In this document: in pieces, positions 19,368-31,000 of the stretch
Layout of the letters: each line of letters begins with the position of its first letter
Numbering within the stretch: position 1 is the first letter of the stretch
Notes under the pieces: generated by a model
What the model was told of the DNA's origin: nothing
What the model saw: only the letters and a program-made list of their open reading frames with translations
The model's database searches: none
Made by a program: the position numbers and the translations under genes
Assembly: GCA_964022095.1 (NCBI GenBank)
Contig: CAXHZO010000006.1
Span: 1-64,000, forward strand
Source: an uncultured Arcobacteraceae bacterium
Lineage (GTDB): Bacteria > Campylobacterota > Campylobacteria > Campylobacterales > Arcobacteraceae
Direction of reading: 5' to 3'
DNA: 64,000 nucleotides

Positions 19368-20054
19368 ATGAAAAAAATAATAGTAGCTTCAATATTTTGT
19401 TTATTACCAGTTTTTTTATTCTCATATGAAATAAATTTTAATAAAGCATTTTCAAAAAAGGTTAGTCCTGATTTATTAACAACTTATGTAAATATAAATA
19501 TTTCAAAAATAGATGAATCAGATGCTAATAAAGAGATTGAAAAGTTTAATGATTTTATAAAAGACTATGATGATGTAAGTGCAAAAGATGGTACATATAA
19601 TTTAAGTCCAAGATATAAATATGTAAATAAAAAACAAATATTTACAGGCTATGTTGGAAGCTTAAGGTATAAAATTGAATCACAAAATGCAAAGAAGTTA
19701 AATAGATTTATAAGTAAACTTTTAGAAGTAAAAGAAAAAATAAATAGTGAAGATGTAAAGTTAAATATCTCAAATATCTCTTGGGTAATAAGCAGCGAAC
19801 TGTATAATAAAAGTGTAGATGACTTAAGAATTGAAACAATTATTTGGGCAAATAAGTATGCCAATACTTTATCTGCAAAAATTTCTAAGAATTGTGCAGT
19901 TGAAAAAATAAATATAAACTCAATAAATAGAAGAAATTTAGTTTATTCAAGAGAAATAATGGCTACAAGTTCAAAAGTAGCAGCAGACATTTCACCTCAA
20001 AATAATGATGAAGATATTACAATCAACCCAAATTTTGTATTGGAGTGTAAGTAA
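19368..20054 (+). CDS. Exported SIMPL/DUF541-like protein
   Basis: Signal peptide; YNLSPRY..., GYVGS pattern typical of the SIMPL domain. Confidence 0.55.
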   Translation: MKKIIVASIFCLLPVFLFSYEINFNKAFSKKVSPDLLTTYVNINISKIDESDANKEIEKFNDFIKDYDDVSAKDGTYNLSPRYKYVNKKQIFTGYVGSLRYKIESQNAKKLNRFISKLLEVKEKINSEDVKLNISNISWVISSELYNKSVDDLRIETIIWANKYANTLSAKISKNCAVEKININSINRRNLVYSREIMATSSKVAADISPQNNDEDITINPNFVLECK

Positions 20055-20590
20055 TGATTATTTGTGCAGGAAGAAATGAGACTTTTCCCTTTGCCTCTGC
20101 AATGGGAGTAGGCTTAATTGAAACAGCAATAAATTTAACAAAACAATGTCTTTTTGATAAACCAGATTACTTACTATTTGTAGGTAGTGCAGGAAGTTAT
20201 GGTGAGAAAAAGATTTTTGATATAGTTGAATCAAAAAGAGCTAGCAATATAGAACTTGGATTTTTAACTTCAAGTGCTTACACACCACTTGATAATGTAT
20301 TAGAATCAGAAAATAAATTTGCAAGAAATGACACGATTGTAAATAGTTCAAACTATATTTCAACAAACAAAGAACTAACTAAACAGTTTTTAGATTATGG
20401 TGTTGGAATTGAAAATATGGAGTTTTTCTCAGTATTAAGTGTTGCAAAACAGTTTGAAATACCAGTTGCTGGGATATTTGTAGTTACAAATTATACTGAT
20501 AATAATGCCCATGAAGAGTTTATGAAAAACCATGAAAGTGCAAAAGAAATACTAACAAAATATCTAGTAGAAAAAAATATAATTAAATAA
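20054..20590 (+). CDS. Nucleoside phosphorylase family protein
   Basis: GVGLIE, FVGSAGSY, ENMEFF, VTNY motifs. Confidence 0.75.
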   Translation: MIICAGRNETFPFASAMGVGLIETAINLTKQCLFDKPDYLLFVGSAGSYGEKKIFDIVESKRASNIELGFLTSSAYTPLDNVLESENKFARNDTIVNSSNYISTNKELTKQFLDYGVGIENMEFFSVLSVAKQFEIPVAGIFVVTNYTDNNAHEEFMKNHESAKEILTKYLVEKNIIK

Positions 20591-20607
20591 AATTGGATTA
20601 AATATAA

Positions 20608-21690
20608 ATGGCAAAATTTGAAGAAATATCAATATATGATTACTCATTAGATGAGTTAAAAGAAAAGTTAAAGCCATCATTTAGAGCAAAGCAAGTTTAT
20701 AATTGGCTTTATAAAAAATATACAAACTCTTATGATGATATGAAGAATATTCCTAATGATTTAAAAGAGGAATTAAAAGAAAACTACCCAATAGATATCA
20801 TGACTATTGTAAAAAAAGAGCTAAGTAGCGATGGTAGTATTAAATATCTTTTTAAATTAAGAGATGGACATACTGTTGAAGCAGTTTTACTTTTAATGAA
20901 GAAAAAGAAAAAAGATGAAGATGGAAATATTGTAAGAAGTGAACAATATACAGTTTGTATTTCCTCTCAAGTAGGCTGTAAAGTAGGGTGTACTTTTTGT
21001 TTAACGGCAAAGGGTGGATTTGTTAGAAACCTAACAGTTGGAGAGTATATTGCACAAATTGTAAATATCAAAAGAGATAATGATATTCCTGAAAATAAAT
21101 CATTAAATATAGTTTATATGGGAATGGGTGAACCTCTTGATAACTTTGAAAACTTTGTAAGTGCAGTACAAATATTCTCAGAAGAAGAGGGCTTATCTAT
21201 TAATAGAAGAAGACAAACAGTTTCTACTTCAGGAGTTGCTAGTAAGATTAAAAAACTAGGTGAAAAAGACTTAGGAATGCAACTTGCAATTTCTCTGCAC
21301 GCAGTTGATGATGAATTAAGAAGTGAATTAATACCTATGAATAAAGCTTATAATATTGCTTCAATTATTGAAGCAGTTAAAGCATTTCCAGTAGATACTA
21401 GAAAAAAAGTAATGTTTGAGTATTTAGTAATTAAAGGTAAAAATGACTCTGTTGAAGCAGCTAGAAAACTAATTACATTATTAAATGGAATTCAAGCAAA
21501 AGTAAATTTAATCTATTTTAATCCATATCCAGGTACTACATATCAGAGACCTGAAGAAAAAGATATGATAAAATTCAGAGATTATTTAAATGATAGAGGA
21601 TTGATTTGTACTATTAGAGAGTCAAAAGGGCTTGATATATCAGCTGCTTGTGGCCAGTTAAAAGAGAAGGAATCAAATGGGAATTCTTGA
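20608..21690 (+). CDS. rlmN: 23S rRNA/tRNA methyltransferase RlmN (radical SAM)
   Basis: CISSQVGCKVGCTFC, MGMGEP, ISLHA, ACGQL. Confidence 0.96.
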   Translation: MAKFEEISIYDYSLDELKEKLKPSFRAKQVYNWLYKKYTNSYDDMKNIPNDLKEELKENYPIDIMTIVKKELSSDGSIKYLFKLRDGHTVEAVLLLMKKKKKDEDGNIVRSEQYTVCISSQVGCKVGCTFCLTAKGGFVRNLTVGEYIAQIVNIKRDNDIPENKSLNIVYMGMGEPLDNFENFVSAVQIFSEEEGLSINRRRQTVSTSGVASKIKKLGEKDLGMQLAISLHAVDDELRSELIPMNKAYNIASIIEAVKAFPVDTRKKVMFEYLVIKGKNDSVEAARKLITLLNGIQAKVNLIYFNPYPGTTYQRPEEKDMIKFRDYLNDRGLICTIRESKGLDISAACGQLKEKESNGNS

Positions 21691-21778
21691 GATGGCATTA
21701 CTGATATTCATAGCAGTTGTGGTGATAGTATCAGGCGTAGGATTTTATATATTTAATAAAAATGAAGAGGAGAAGTAA
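21677..21778 (+). CDS. Unannotated 33-aa single-pass membrane protein
   Basis: ATG 21677 after AAGGA; MGILEMALLIFIAVVVIVSGVGFYIFNKNEEEK*; fills the rlmN-gltX gap. Confidence 0.7.
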   Translation: MGILEMALLIFIAVVVIVSGVGFYIFNKNEEEK

Positions 21779-21782
21779 TTAA

Positions 21783-23192
21783 ATGGCAATTACAAGATTT
21801 GCACCAAGTCCAACAGGATATCTACATATAGGTGGATTAAGAACAGCACTTTATAGTTATCTTTGGGCAAAAAAAACTGGTGGTGAATTTAAATTAAGAA
21901 TTGAAGATACAGATTTATCAAGAAATAGTGAAGATGCAGTAAAAGCAATCTTTGAAGCTTTCCAGTGGGTTGGAATGCCAAGTGACTGTGAAGTTGAGTA
22001 CCAATCTAAAAGAACAGATATTTATAAAAAATATATTGATCAACTTTTACAAGAAGGTAAAGCTTATAAATGTTACATGAGTAAAGATGAACTTGATGCA
22101 TTAAGAGCCGCTCAAGAAGCAGCTAAAGAAAATCCAAGATATGATGGAACTTGGAGACCAGAAGAAGGAAAAACATTACCTGCAATTCCTGAAGGTATTG
22201 AGCCAGTAATTAGAATTAAAGCTCCACTTGAAGGTAAAATTGAGTTTGTAGATGGTGTAAAAGGTTCTATGAGTTTTGAAGCTAATGCCGTTGATGATTA
22301 TGTAATTGCTAGAGGGAATGGAATGCCAACATATAACTTTGTTGTTACTATTGATGATGCATTAATGGGTATGACAGATGTTATTAGAGGTGATGATCAC
22401 TTATCAAATACTCCAAAACAAATTGTTATATACAATGCACTTGGTTTTGATATTCCTAAGTTTTATCATATTCCAATGATTAATAATCCATCTGGAAAAA
22501 AACTATCTAAAAGAGATGGTGCAATGGATGTTATGCAGTATAAAAAGGATGGTTTCTTACCTGAAGCTTTATTAAACTTTTTAGTAAGACTTGGATGGTC
22601 AAATGGTGATCAAGAGATTTTTAGCATGGATGAGATGTTAGAACTTTTTGATCCAAATACTATTAATAAATCAGCATCTGCATATAATCAAGAAAAATTA
22701 TTATGGTTAAATGCACACTATATAAAAAATGTATCAAATGATAGACTTGCAAAAGAATTAGAATATTTTGATTGTCATTTAGAAGGACATGATAAAAAAG
22801 AGATGTTATTAGATTTATCAAAAGAGAGAGCTCAAACTTTAATTGAATTAAAAGATGCAATCAATAAGATCGTAGAAGTACCAACTTCATATGAAGCAAA
22901 AGGTGCTAAAAAGTTTGTTAAAGAAGGCACTATTGATATGTTAAATAATTATATATCAATGCTTGAAGAGAATAAAGATTCTTTACATTTAGCCTGTGAC
23001 TATGAAGCAGTTACAAAACCATTTATTGAAAAAAATGAATTAAAATTTCCTCAATTATTCCAACCAATTAGGATAGCTTTAACAGGTGGAACGCAAGCTC
23101 CATCAGTATATGACATAATTGCAATTTTAGGTTTTGATGAAACAAAAGATAGAATAAATAACGCAATAAATACAAATTTTGGTAAAGAATAA
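21783..23192 (+). CDS. gltX: Glutamate-tRNA ligase
   Basis: RFAPSPTGYLHIGG, RIEDTD, RGDDH, KLSKR. Confidence 0.96.
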   Translation: MAITRFAPSPTGYLHIGGLRTALYSYLWAKKTGGEFKLRIEDTDLSRNSEDAVKAIFEAFQWVGMPSDCEVEYQSKRTDIYKKYIDQLLQEGKAYKCYMSKDELDALRAAQEAAKENPRYDGTWRPEEGKTLPAIPEGIEPVIRIKAPLEGKIEFVDGVKGSMSFEANAVDDYVIARGNGMPTYNFVVTIDDALMGMTDVIRGDDHLSNTPKQIVIYNALGFDIPKFYHIPMINNPSGKKLSKRDGAMDVMQYKKDGFLPEALLNFLVRLGWSNGDQEIFSMDEMLELFDPNTINKSASAYNQEKLLWLNAHYIKNVSNDRLAKELEYFDCHLEGHDKKEMLLDLSKERAQTLIELKDAINKIVEVPTSYEAKGAKKFVKEGTIDMLNNYISMLEENKDSLHLACDYEAVTKPFIEKNELKFPQLFQPIRIALTGGTQAPSVYDIIAILGFDETKDRINNAINTNFGKE

Positions 23193-23259
23193 TTCATTTT
23201 TCTTGCTAATTATAAAATAATAGGGCATAATAAATGTACATTTACAAAGGATTAGAAAA

Positions 23260-23526
23260 ATGAACATTTACGTAGGGAATTTATCATATAGAATGGATGA
23301 TAAAGCATTAGAAGAGGTTTTCTCAAAATTTGGTGAAGTTAAAAGCGCTAAAGTTATTATGGATAGAGAAACAGGAAGATCTAAAGGATTTGGATTCATT
23401 GAAATGGTAGATTCGTCTGCTGGTTCTGAGGCGATTGAAGCTTTAAATGGAAATGAGTGTGAGGGAAGAACACTTAGAGTAAATGAAGCTAAACCAAGAG
23501 AAGAAAGACCAAGAAGACAATTTTAA
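23260..23526 (+). CDS. RRM RNA-binding protein
   Basis: IYVGNL (RNP2) and KGFGFIEM (RNP1). Confidence 0.93.
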   Translation: MNIYVGNLSYRMDDKALEEVFSKFGEVKSAKVIMDRETGRSKGFGFIEMVDSSAGSEAIEALNGNECEGRTLRVNEAKPREERPRRQF

Positions 23527-23530
23527 TTTT

Positions 23531-23559
23531 ATACTTTAGTAGAACTTCTACTAAAGTAT
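23531..23559 (+). terminator. Intrinsic terminator-like hairpin
   Basis: atactttagtaga-act-tctactaaagtat. Confidence 0.7.
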
Positions 23560-23602
23560 TTACTACTAAAACACTACACAAAACTTATGATATAATCTTC
23601 AA

Positions 23603-24262
23603 ATGAAGATTTTACTACTTGAAGACGACTTAATTTTAAATGAAATTATTGAAGAGCATTTAATATCACAACAACATAATGTAATTACAACTTTCACAGG
23701 CAATGAAGCCCAAGATTTACTATATTCTCAAACATTTGATTTACTTTTGCTTGATGTAAATGTACCTGATATAAATGGTTTTGAATTATTAAGTGATTTA
23801 CGAGCACAAAATATAAAAACACCCGCTATTTTTATAACATCATTAAATATGGCAGATGATATGCAAAAAGGTTTTGATAGTGGATGTGATGATTATATAA
23901 AGAAACCATTTGAATTAAAAGAGCTTGATTTAAGAATTTCAAATATAAAAAGATTAAGAAATATTAGCTCTTCAAATATAATAAAAATAGATGAAAATAT
24001 ACAATTAAATATTGATACATTAACAGTATTAAAAAATGAAAAAGAAAACCACATAGCAAAAAAAGAGTGTGAGGTTTTACAATACTTTATTCAAAATAGT
24101 AACAAAAATATTAGTATTGATGAATTAAGTTTAAATGTATGGGCATATGAGGATACTCCAAACTCTTCAACAATAAGAACATATATAAAAAACCTAAGAA
24201 AGATTTTAGGAGAAGAGAAAATCACAAATATAAGAGGAGTTGGTTATAGATTTAACAGCTAG
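23603..24262 (+). CDS. OmpR-family response regulator (CrdR-like by context)
   Basis: LLEDD, DVNVP, KPF, IRGVGY; adjacent to copper efflux genes. Confidence 0.88.
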   Translation: MKILLLEDDLILNEIIEEHLISQQHNVITTFTGNEAQDLLYSQTFDLLLLDVNVPDINGFELLSDLRAQNIKTPAIFITSLNMADDMQKGFDSGCDDYIKKPFELKELDLRISNIKRLRNISSSNIIKIDENIQLNIDTLTVLKNEKENHIAKKECEVLQYFIQNSNKNISIDELSLNVWAYEDTPNSSTIRTYIKNLRKILGEEKITNIRGVGYRFNS

Positions 24263-25394
24263 TGAGAAAAGTACCTTTTATAGATTTTTAGCCCTTTATT
24301 TAGGCTCATCTTTTATACTTATGATTATTGTCGCATTTTTATATTTTCAAAATGAAAAGACTTTATATATAGATCTAACAAAATCAAAAATGCAAAATAT
24401 CACATCAAAAGTATCAAATGAAATAATATATTCTCATATGATGGGAGCAGATTTTGATAAAGAGAAATATCTATTATCAAGTGAATATCAGATCTCTTTT
24501 TATGATTTTAAGAAAAACAAAATAGATGGAACACTAAATGATAAAATTGATTTTTCAAAGAAGTTTATATCAAATGATGAATATATAATAATAGTAGATA
24601 ACTCAACAGTAGGGCATTTAGGTGTTGAGTATGTAGTACTAAAAGATACAAGCTTAGCAAAAATGATAAAAAGTTTAAAAATCTCTATTGTTGTGTTGTT
24701 TTTAGGTGCTTGTATTTTTGTATTTTTTATTGGTTTTTATTTAGCAAAGCTATTTTTAAAACCAATAAAAGATGAAAGAGAAAAGATAAACAACTTTATA
24801 AAAGACACCACACATGAACTAAATACTCCAATTAGCGCAATTATGATGTCAAGTGAAAATGAAAATCTAAGTAGCAAACAAATTGCAAGAATAAGACTAA
24901 GTGCAAATAGGATTTCTGAGATATATAAAGATTTGACATTTTTATTTTTAGAAAATAAAAAGAAAACAAAAGATATACGAAATATTTATTTAGACACGAT
25001 TATAAAAGAGCAAATAGATAGTTTTGATCCACTATATAGTAAAAAAAGAGTTGAAGTTATAACTTCACTTGATAAATTTGAGTATAAAATCGATAAAGAT
25101 GACTTTATAAGACTTTTTAATAATCTATTTTCAAATGCAATTAAGTACAATAAAATGAATGGAAAAATAGAAATAATACTTCAAGATAATATACTTATTG
25201 TAAAAGATGAGGGAATAGGTATAAAAAAAGAGAAATTAAAAGATATATATACAAGATACTATAGAGCTACAAGTGTTAGTGGTGGTTTTGGACTTGGATT
25301 AAATATTGTAAATAGTGTTTGCAAAACATATAATATAAAAATAGAAGTAAACTCCCTTGAAAATATTGGAACTACTTTTAAACTAACTTTCTAA
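24240..25394 (+). CDS. Sensor histidine kinase (CrdS-like by context)
   Basis: Two TM segments, THELNTP H-box, NAIKY, DEGIG, GFGLGL. Confidence 0.9.
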   Translation: MVIDLTASEKSTFYRFLALYLGSSFILMIIVAFLYFQNEKTLYIDLTKSKMQNITSKVSNEIIYSHMMGADFDKEKYLLSSEYQISFYDFKKNKIDGTLNDKIDFSKKFISNDEYIIIVDNSTVGHLGVEYVVLKDTSLAKMIKSLKISIVVLFLGACIFVFFIGFYLAKLFLKPIKDEREKINNFIKDTTHELNTPISAIMMSSENENLSSKQIARIRLSANRISEIYKDLTFLFLENKKKTKDIRNIYLDTIIKEQIDSFDPLYSKKRVEVITSLDKFEYKIDKDDFIRLFNNLFSNAIKYNKMNGKIEIILQDNILIVKDEGIGIKKEKLKDIYTRYYRATSVSGGFGLGLNIVNSVCKTYNIKIEVNSLENIGTTFKLTF

Positions 25395-25458
25395 ACTCCA
25401 CACATACTGCACATAAAATTCACTAAAATACCTTCATAATAAAATTCAAGGAGAAATT

Positions 25459-25842
25459 ATGAAGGTTATATTTAAATCTTTTTTAGCACTTTTAATTACA
25501 GTTGGCTTTTTAAATGCAGAACCAATAGAGCAAAATGGAACTAAAAATGGCTACGATGTTAAATTAACATCTCAAAAGTCACTTGTAGTTGGAGATAATG
25601 ATTTATTTGTGCAGTTATCAAAAGATGATACAGCAATTACTGATGCAAAGGTAAAAGCAAAGTTTTTTATGCCAGAAATGCCTGGAATGCCTTATATGGA
25701 ATATATAGGAAAAGCAAAGTTAGTTGATGGAAAATACAAAATGATGATTAACTTTTCTATGGGTGGAACATGGCAATATCATCTTAAATTCAAAACATCT
25801 GATGATGAGGTTCATACTCTTAGAGGGAGTGTAAACTTATAA
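25459..25842 (+). CDS. CrdA/YtkA-like exported copper-resistance protein
   Basis: Signal peptide, Met-rich FMPEMPGMPYM, FSMGGTW. Confidence 0.8.
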   Translation: MKVIFKSFLALLITVGFLNAEPIEQNGTKNGYDVKLTSQKSLVVGDNDLFVQLSKDDTAITDAKVKAKFFMPEMPGMPYMEYIGKAKLVDGKYKMMINFSMGGTWQYHLKFKTSDDEVHTLRGSVNL

Positions 25843-27035
25843 TGAAAAAGATATTACTAAGTGCTTTTGCAACATTTTGTTTAATTCAAGCACAAACACT
25901 AGATCAAATAGTTCAAGATGCACTTAGTAATAATTATGAGCTAAAGAGTATAGAAAAATCTATAGATTTAGTAAATGAACAAATAAAAATATCACAAAAC
26001 TGGAAAGATCCAGTTTTAAGTTTTGGAGTAAATGATATTTGGTTTGATAGACCATTTGATAGAGATAATGAAGCTATGCAATCACAATATATAGGTTTGT
26101 CTCAAGTGGTTCCTATAACTAATAAGTTGGATTTACAAAAAGATATTTCACATAGTGATAAAAAGATAAATGAAGTTTTTTTAGAAGATAAAAAACTAGA
26201 ACTAAAATCAAAAATATATGAGTATTCTTACACAATAATAGTTTTAGAAGAGAAGTTAAAACTATTAAATAAGTATGAGCTTAATATTAATAAATTAGAA
26301 AAACTATTTAGCGCTTTATATAAGTATCAAAAAGCAGATATAAATGAAATTCTAAACAGTAAAGTTTCATTTGAAAATATTAAACTAAAAAAACAAAATT
26401 TAAGAAATACTATTGAAAACTTTTATTTAAAGTTACAGCAAATCACATTTTCAAAAATAGAAAATATACAAGAGAGTATAAATATTCAAAAAATAAACTT
26501 CTCTAAAGTAGTTTCAAAACATCCTAAAATAAAGCTTTTAGAACAATATATTGAAAAACAAAATTCTATATCAAAGTATGAAAAATCTAAAAAATACTCA
26601 GATATAAAAGTAAATGTTGCATACTTTCAAAGAGATTCAAAATTTAAAGATTATGCAAATATAAGTTTGAATATACCATTGAGTATTAATAACACTCAAG
26701 ATATAAAAAGTATAAGTGCAAAGATAAAAGCAAATGAAATAAAAGATAAATTAGAAAATTCAAAAAATAATTTACAACTTCAAATATCAATTTTACAAAA
26801 CAATCTTGATACATCAGTATCAAACTATGATTTAATTCAGAAAAAAGTAATTCCATTACAAAAGAAAATACAAAAGAATTTAGAAAACTATAATAGCTTT
26901 GATAAGGTAAAACCAACAAAAAGTATAGAGAATCTAAATAAACTAATTTCATATGAAATTAAAGCACTAGATGAAGTACAAAGTTATTATGAGAATTATT
27001 CAAAACTACTATATATTACAAAAAAGGATAACTAG
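25842..27035 (+). CDS. TolC-family outer membrane factor (CrdB-like)
   Basis: Signal peptide, helical repeats, EAMQ motif, position before MFP and RND genes. Confidence 0.8.
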   Translation: MKKILLSAFATFCLIQAQTLDQIVQDALSNNYELKSIEKSIDLVNEQIKISQNWKDPVLSFGVNDIWFDRPFDRDNEAMQSQYIGLSQVVPITNKLDLQKDISHSDKKINEVFLEDKKLELKSKIYEYSYTIIVLEEKLKLLNKYELNINKLEKLFSALYKYQKADINEILNSKVSFENIKLKKQNLRNTIENFYLKLQQITFSKIENIQESINIQKINFSKVVSKHPKIKLLEQYIEKQNSISKYEKSKKYSDIKVNVAYFQRDSKFKDYANISLNIPLSINNTQDIKSISAKIKANEIKDKLENSKNNLQLQISILQNNLDTSVSNYDLIQKKVIPLQKKIQKNLENYNSFDKVKPTKSIENLNKLISYEIKALDEVQSYYENYSKLLYITKKDN

Positions 27036-28051
27036 TGAGTGTAAAAAATATAAATAAAGCATTGATTTTATTGATATTGAGTTTTTCTTTTTTAGATGCC
27101 AAAATTATACAAGCCGAACAACTTTTTAACAAAAAATTAATAAAAGTAAAAAAAGAAAGTATAAGCATATCAAAGAGTTTTTATGCAAAAACTATGATAG
27201 ATGAAACAAGTGTTGAAGATATAGTAACAAGATTTGATGGTTATATTACAAAACTTAATGCAAATAAAACATATATGCGCGTAAAAAAAGGCCAAACACT
27301 TTTTTCAATATATTCAGATGATATTTTAAGTTTACAAAATGAACTACAAATAGCTAAAAATTTCAATAAAAATATATATAAAAGTACATTAGTAAAACTA
27401 AAAAGTCTAGATATTTCAAATAGTGAATTAAATAAAATAAAAAGGGGTGTGATTAACTCAAAGGGAATTAATATCACTTCAAATTCAAATGCAATAATAC
27501 TGAAGAAAAATATCAATAATAAAAGTTCAGTAAAAAAAGGGCAACTATTATTACAACTAGCTAGTTTAGACAAAATTTGGGTAGTAGCTTCAATATATCA
27601 AAGTGATTTGTCTTTTGTAAAAAAAAGTATGGATGCAAAAATAAAAATTGATGGAGTTGCAAAAACAATAAATTCAAAAGTTGATTTTGTTTATCCCATA
27701 TTTGATGAAAAGAGTAAAACAGTAGATGTTAGATTTATTATTGATAATAAAGAATTGAATATATTCCCAAGCATGTTTGCGAAGGTAAATATAACTAAAG
27801 AGCAAAAAAGTATGCTAGTTTTGCCTAAAAGTGCAGTACTTAAAAAAGGTAATGAATACTTTGTATTTAAGCCTATATCAAAAAGTGAATTTGAACCAAT
27901 AAAAATTAGTGCTACAAGAATATCATCGAATAGATATGAAATCACAAGTGGACTAAAAGAGGGTGATGAGGTTATAAATAATGCCTTATTCTTATTAGAT
28001 TCAGATGCCCTTACTAATGCACTATATGAATCTGATGATGAGGATTGGTAA
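27035..28051 (+). CDS. RND membrane fusion protein (CusB-like)
   Basis: RFDGYITKL, VKKGQTLFSIYS, FVYP, PSMFA, ALFLLDS. Confidence 0.88.
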   Translation: MSVKNINKALILLILSFSFLDAKIIQAEQLFNKKLIKVKKESISISKSFYAKTMIDETSVEDIVTRFDGYITKLNANKTYMRVKKGQTLFSIYSDDILSLQNELQIAKNFNKNIYKSTLVKLKSLDISNSELNKIKRGVINSKGINITSNSNAIILKKNINNKSSVKKGQLLLQLASLDKIWVVASIYQSDLSFVKKSMDAKIKIDGVAKTINSKVDFVYPIFDEKSKTVDVRFIIDNKELNIFPSMFAKVNITKEQKSMLVLPKSAVLKKGNEYFVFKPISKSEFEPIKISATRISSNRYEITSGLKEGDEVINNALFLLDSDALTNALYESDDEDW

Positions 28052-28056
28052 TAGTT

Positions 28057-31000
28057 ATGGTTGAAAAATTAATATCATATAGTATAAAAAACAAATTCTT
28101 AATACTATTTTTAACTCTTGTATTAACAGTTGGCTCTTTTTGGGCAGTTAAAAATACAAGTTTAGATGCTCTGCCTGATTTATCACCTCCTCAAGTAATT
28201 GTACAAGTTAAATGGGCAGGTCAAAGCCCTAAAACTATTGAAGAGCAAGTATCATATCCTCTAATCTCAAATCTAATGAGTTTACCAGATATTGAGACAG
28301 TTAGAGCCATGAGTTCTTTTCAAAATGCTTTAATCTATGTAATATTTAAAGATGGAACTGACCTTTATGACTCAAGAAATAGAATCTTAGAGCAACTTAG
28401 TCAGCTTCAAGGAACATTTCCTGATGGTGCAACTGTTGCCATTGGTCCAGATGCAACGGGTGTTGGCTGGGCTTATGAGTATGCTTTAAAATCCGATACA
28501 AAAAGTTTGGACGAACTTAGAACCTTACAAGACTATTATTATAAATATGCACTTTTAGGTGTTGATGGAGTTAGTGAAATAGCTTCAATTGGAGGTTTTG
28601 TAAAAAGCTATGAAATTACACTTGAGCAAGATAAAATGGTGCAATATGATTTAAGTATAAATGAAATCAAAAAGGCCATAACCTCAAATAATGATGATAA
28701 GGGTGGAAGAATCATACTTGAAAATGGGTTTGAACATATGATTCAAGCAAAAGCATATTTAAAGTCTGTTAGTGAAATTGAAAATATTACAATTAAAACT
28801 GCGAATAATATTCCTTTAAAAATAAGTGACATAGCGCAAGTTAATATCACAAGTTCAAATAGAAGAGGAATGGCTGACTTAAACGGGCAGGGTGAAACTG
28901 TTGGTGGAATAGTTGTTGTTAGATATGGTGAGAATCCATATAAAGTAATAAAAGCTGTAAAACAAAGACTTGATACATTAAAAGTAGAAGGTGTTGAAGT
29001 AATAGAGACTTATGATAGAACATCACTTATTGATAAAGCTATTGATACTCTAAAAAATACTTTAGTTGAAGAGTCTATTATTGTTATGATAATTACAGGA
29101 TTGTTCTTATTTCACTTTAGAAGTGCACTTATTATTATCATTACTTTACCAATTACCGTTTTAATTACTTTTTTACTTATGAAACTATTTGGAATAGGTT
29201 CAAATATTATGAGTTTAGGTGGTATTGCAATTGCAATTGGTGCAATGGTTGATGCAACTATTGTAATGGTTGAAAATGCTCATAAATATTTACAAGGTAA
29301 AGAAAATATAAGTAATTCCCAAAGAATAGAAATTATAATAAAATCTGCAAAACAAGTAGGGCGACCAATATTTTTTGCTTTGGTTTTAGTTGTTGTTTCA
29401 TTTTTACCAATATTTGCCCTAACTGGACAAGAGGGAAGATTGTTTACACCACTTGCTTTTACAAAATCATTTGCAATGGCAACTGGTGCAATACTTTCAA
29501 TTACTCTAGTTCCAATTTTAATGATATTTTTTATCAAAGGTAAAATTCTAAGTGAAGATAGAAACCTATTAAATAGATTTTTTATCAAACTATATTCTCC
29601 ATTTTTAAAGCTTGCGCTGAAACTTAGATATTTAGTTGTTTTAGTTTTCTTTGGAATAATAGTTTTTGGATATATAACATATCAAAAACAAAACTGGGAA
29701 TTTATGCCAATGATGAATGAGCAAACTTTTATGTATATGCCAGTAACTCCTTATGGAATAGGGATTGATTTAGCAAAAGAGTTAACTCAAAAGACTGATA
29801 AAGTTTTAAAATCATTCCCAGAAGTACAAACTGTATTTGGAAAAGCAGGGCGAGCTGATAGTGCAACTGATCCTGCACCTCTTGCAATGATTGAGACAAT
29901 AGTTACTTTTAAACCTGAATCTCAATGGCGAGAAGGAATGACATATAAAAAATTAATGCAAGAGATGGACGATGCCTTAAGGGTAAATGGACTTATTAAT
30001 TCATGGACATATCCAATTAGAGGTAGAATTGATATGCTTCTAACAGGTATTAGAACTCCACTTGGAATAAAACTATATGGAAATGACCATGTAAAACTAG
30101 AAGAAACAGCAGGAAAAATAGAGCAAAAGTTAAAAAAGTTTGATAAAACCCTATCTGTTTCAACAGATAAGATAAATTCAGGATACTATTTAAATATTGA
30201 AGTAAAAGAAGAGATGATTGCAAGGTATGGAATATCAAAAGCAGATGTTTTAAGTGCAATTAGTTTAGGTGTAGGGGGAGCTAAAATTTCAACTTTTATT
30301 GATAAGTTAGAGAGATACCCAATAACCCTAAGATATGATGCATCAAATAGAGAAGATATTGTAAAACTCAATGAAATTCAAGTAAAAACAAAATTAGGAA
30401 TGCAACCACTAAAAGAGTTTGCATATTTATATTATAAAGAGGGACCAAGTGTCATAAAATCAGAAAAAGCATTAAATGTAAATTTCATATATATAACTCC
30501 TAAAAATGGTGTCTCTTCAAAAGAGTATAAGGATCAAGCAGTAGAACTTTTAAAAGATATGAAATTACCAAGTGGTTACTATATGGAATGGGCTGGGCAG
30601 AGTCAATATTTAGAATCAGCAATGCAAAGATTGGTTTATATTATTCCTTTAACATTTATGATAATATTTATTTTAATCTACTTTGCACTAAAGAATCTAA
30701 CATACACAATGATAATATTTTTTACTCTTCCTTTTGCAATTATGGGAGGAGTATTTTATTTAGAGTATTTAAACTTTAATATTTCAATTGCAGTAATTGT
30801 TGGTTTCTTAGCCCTTTTAGGAGTGGCTGCAGAGACTTCTATTGTCATGCTTGTATATTTACATGAAGCAATGGTTGATTTGAAGAAAAAGTGTGAAACC
30901 TATACTAAAGAGCATATTGCACATGCAATTTATAAAGGTGCAGTTTTAAGATTACGTCCAAAACTTATGACTTTATTTGCTATATTAGGTGGTTTAATAC

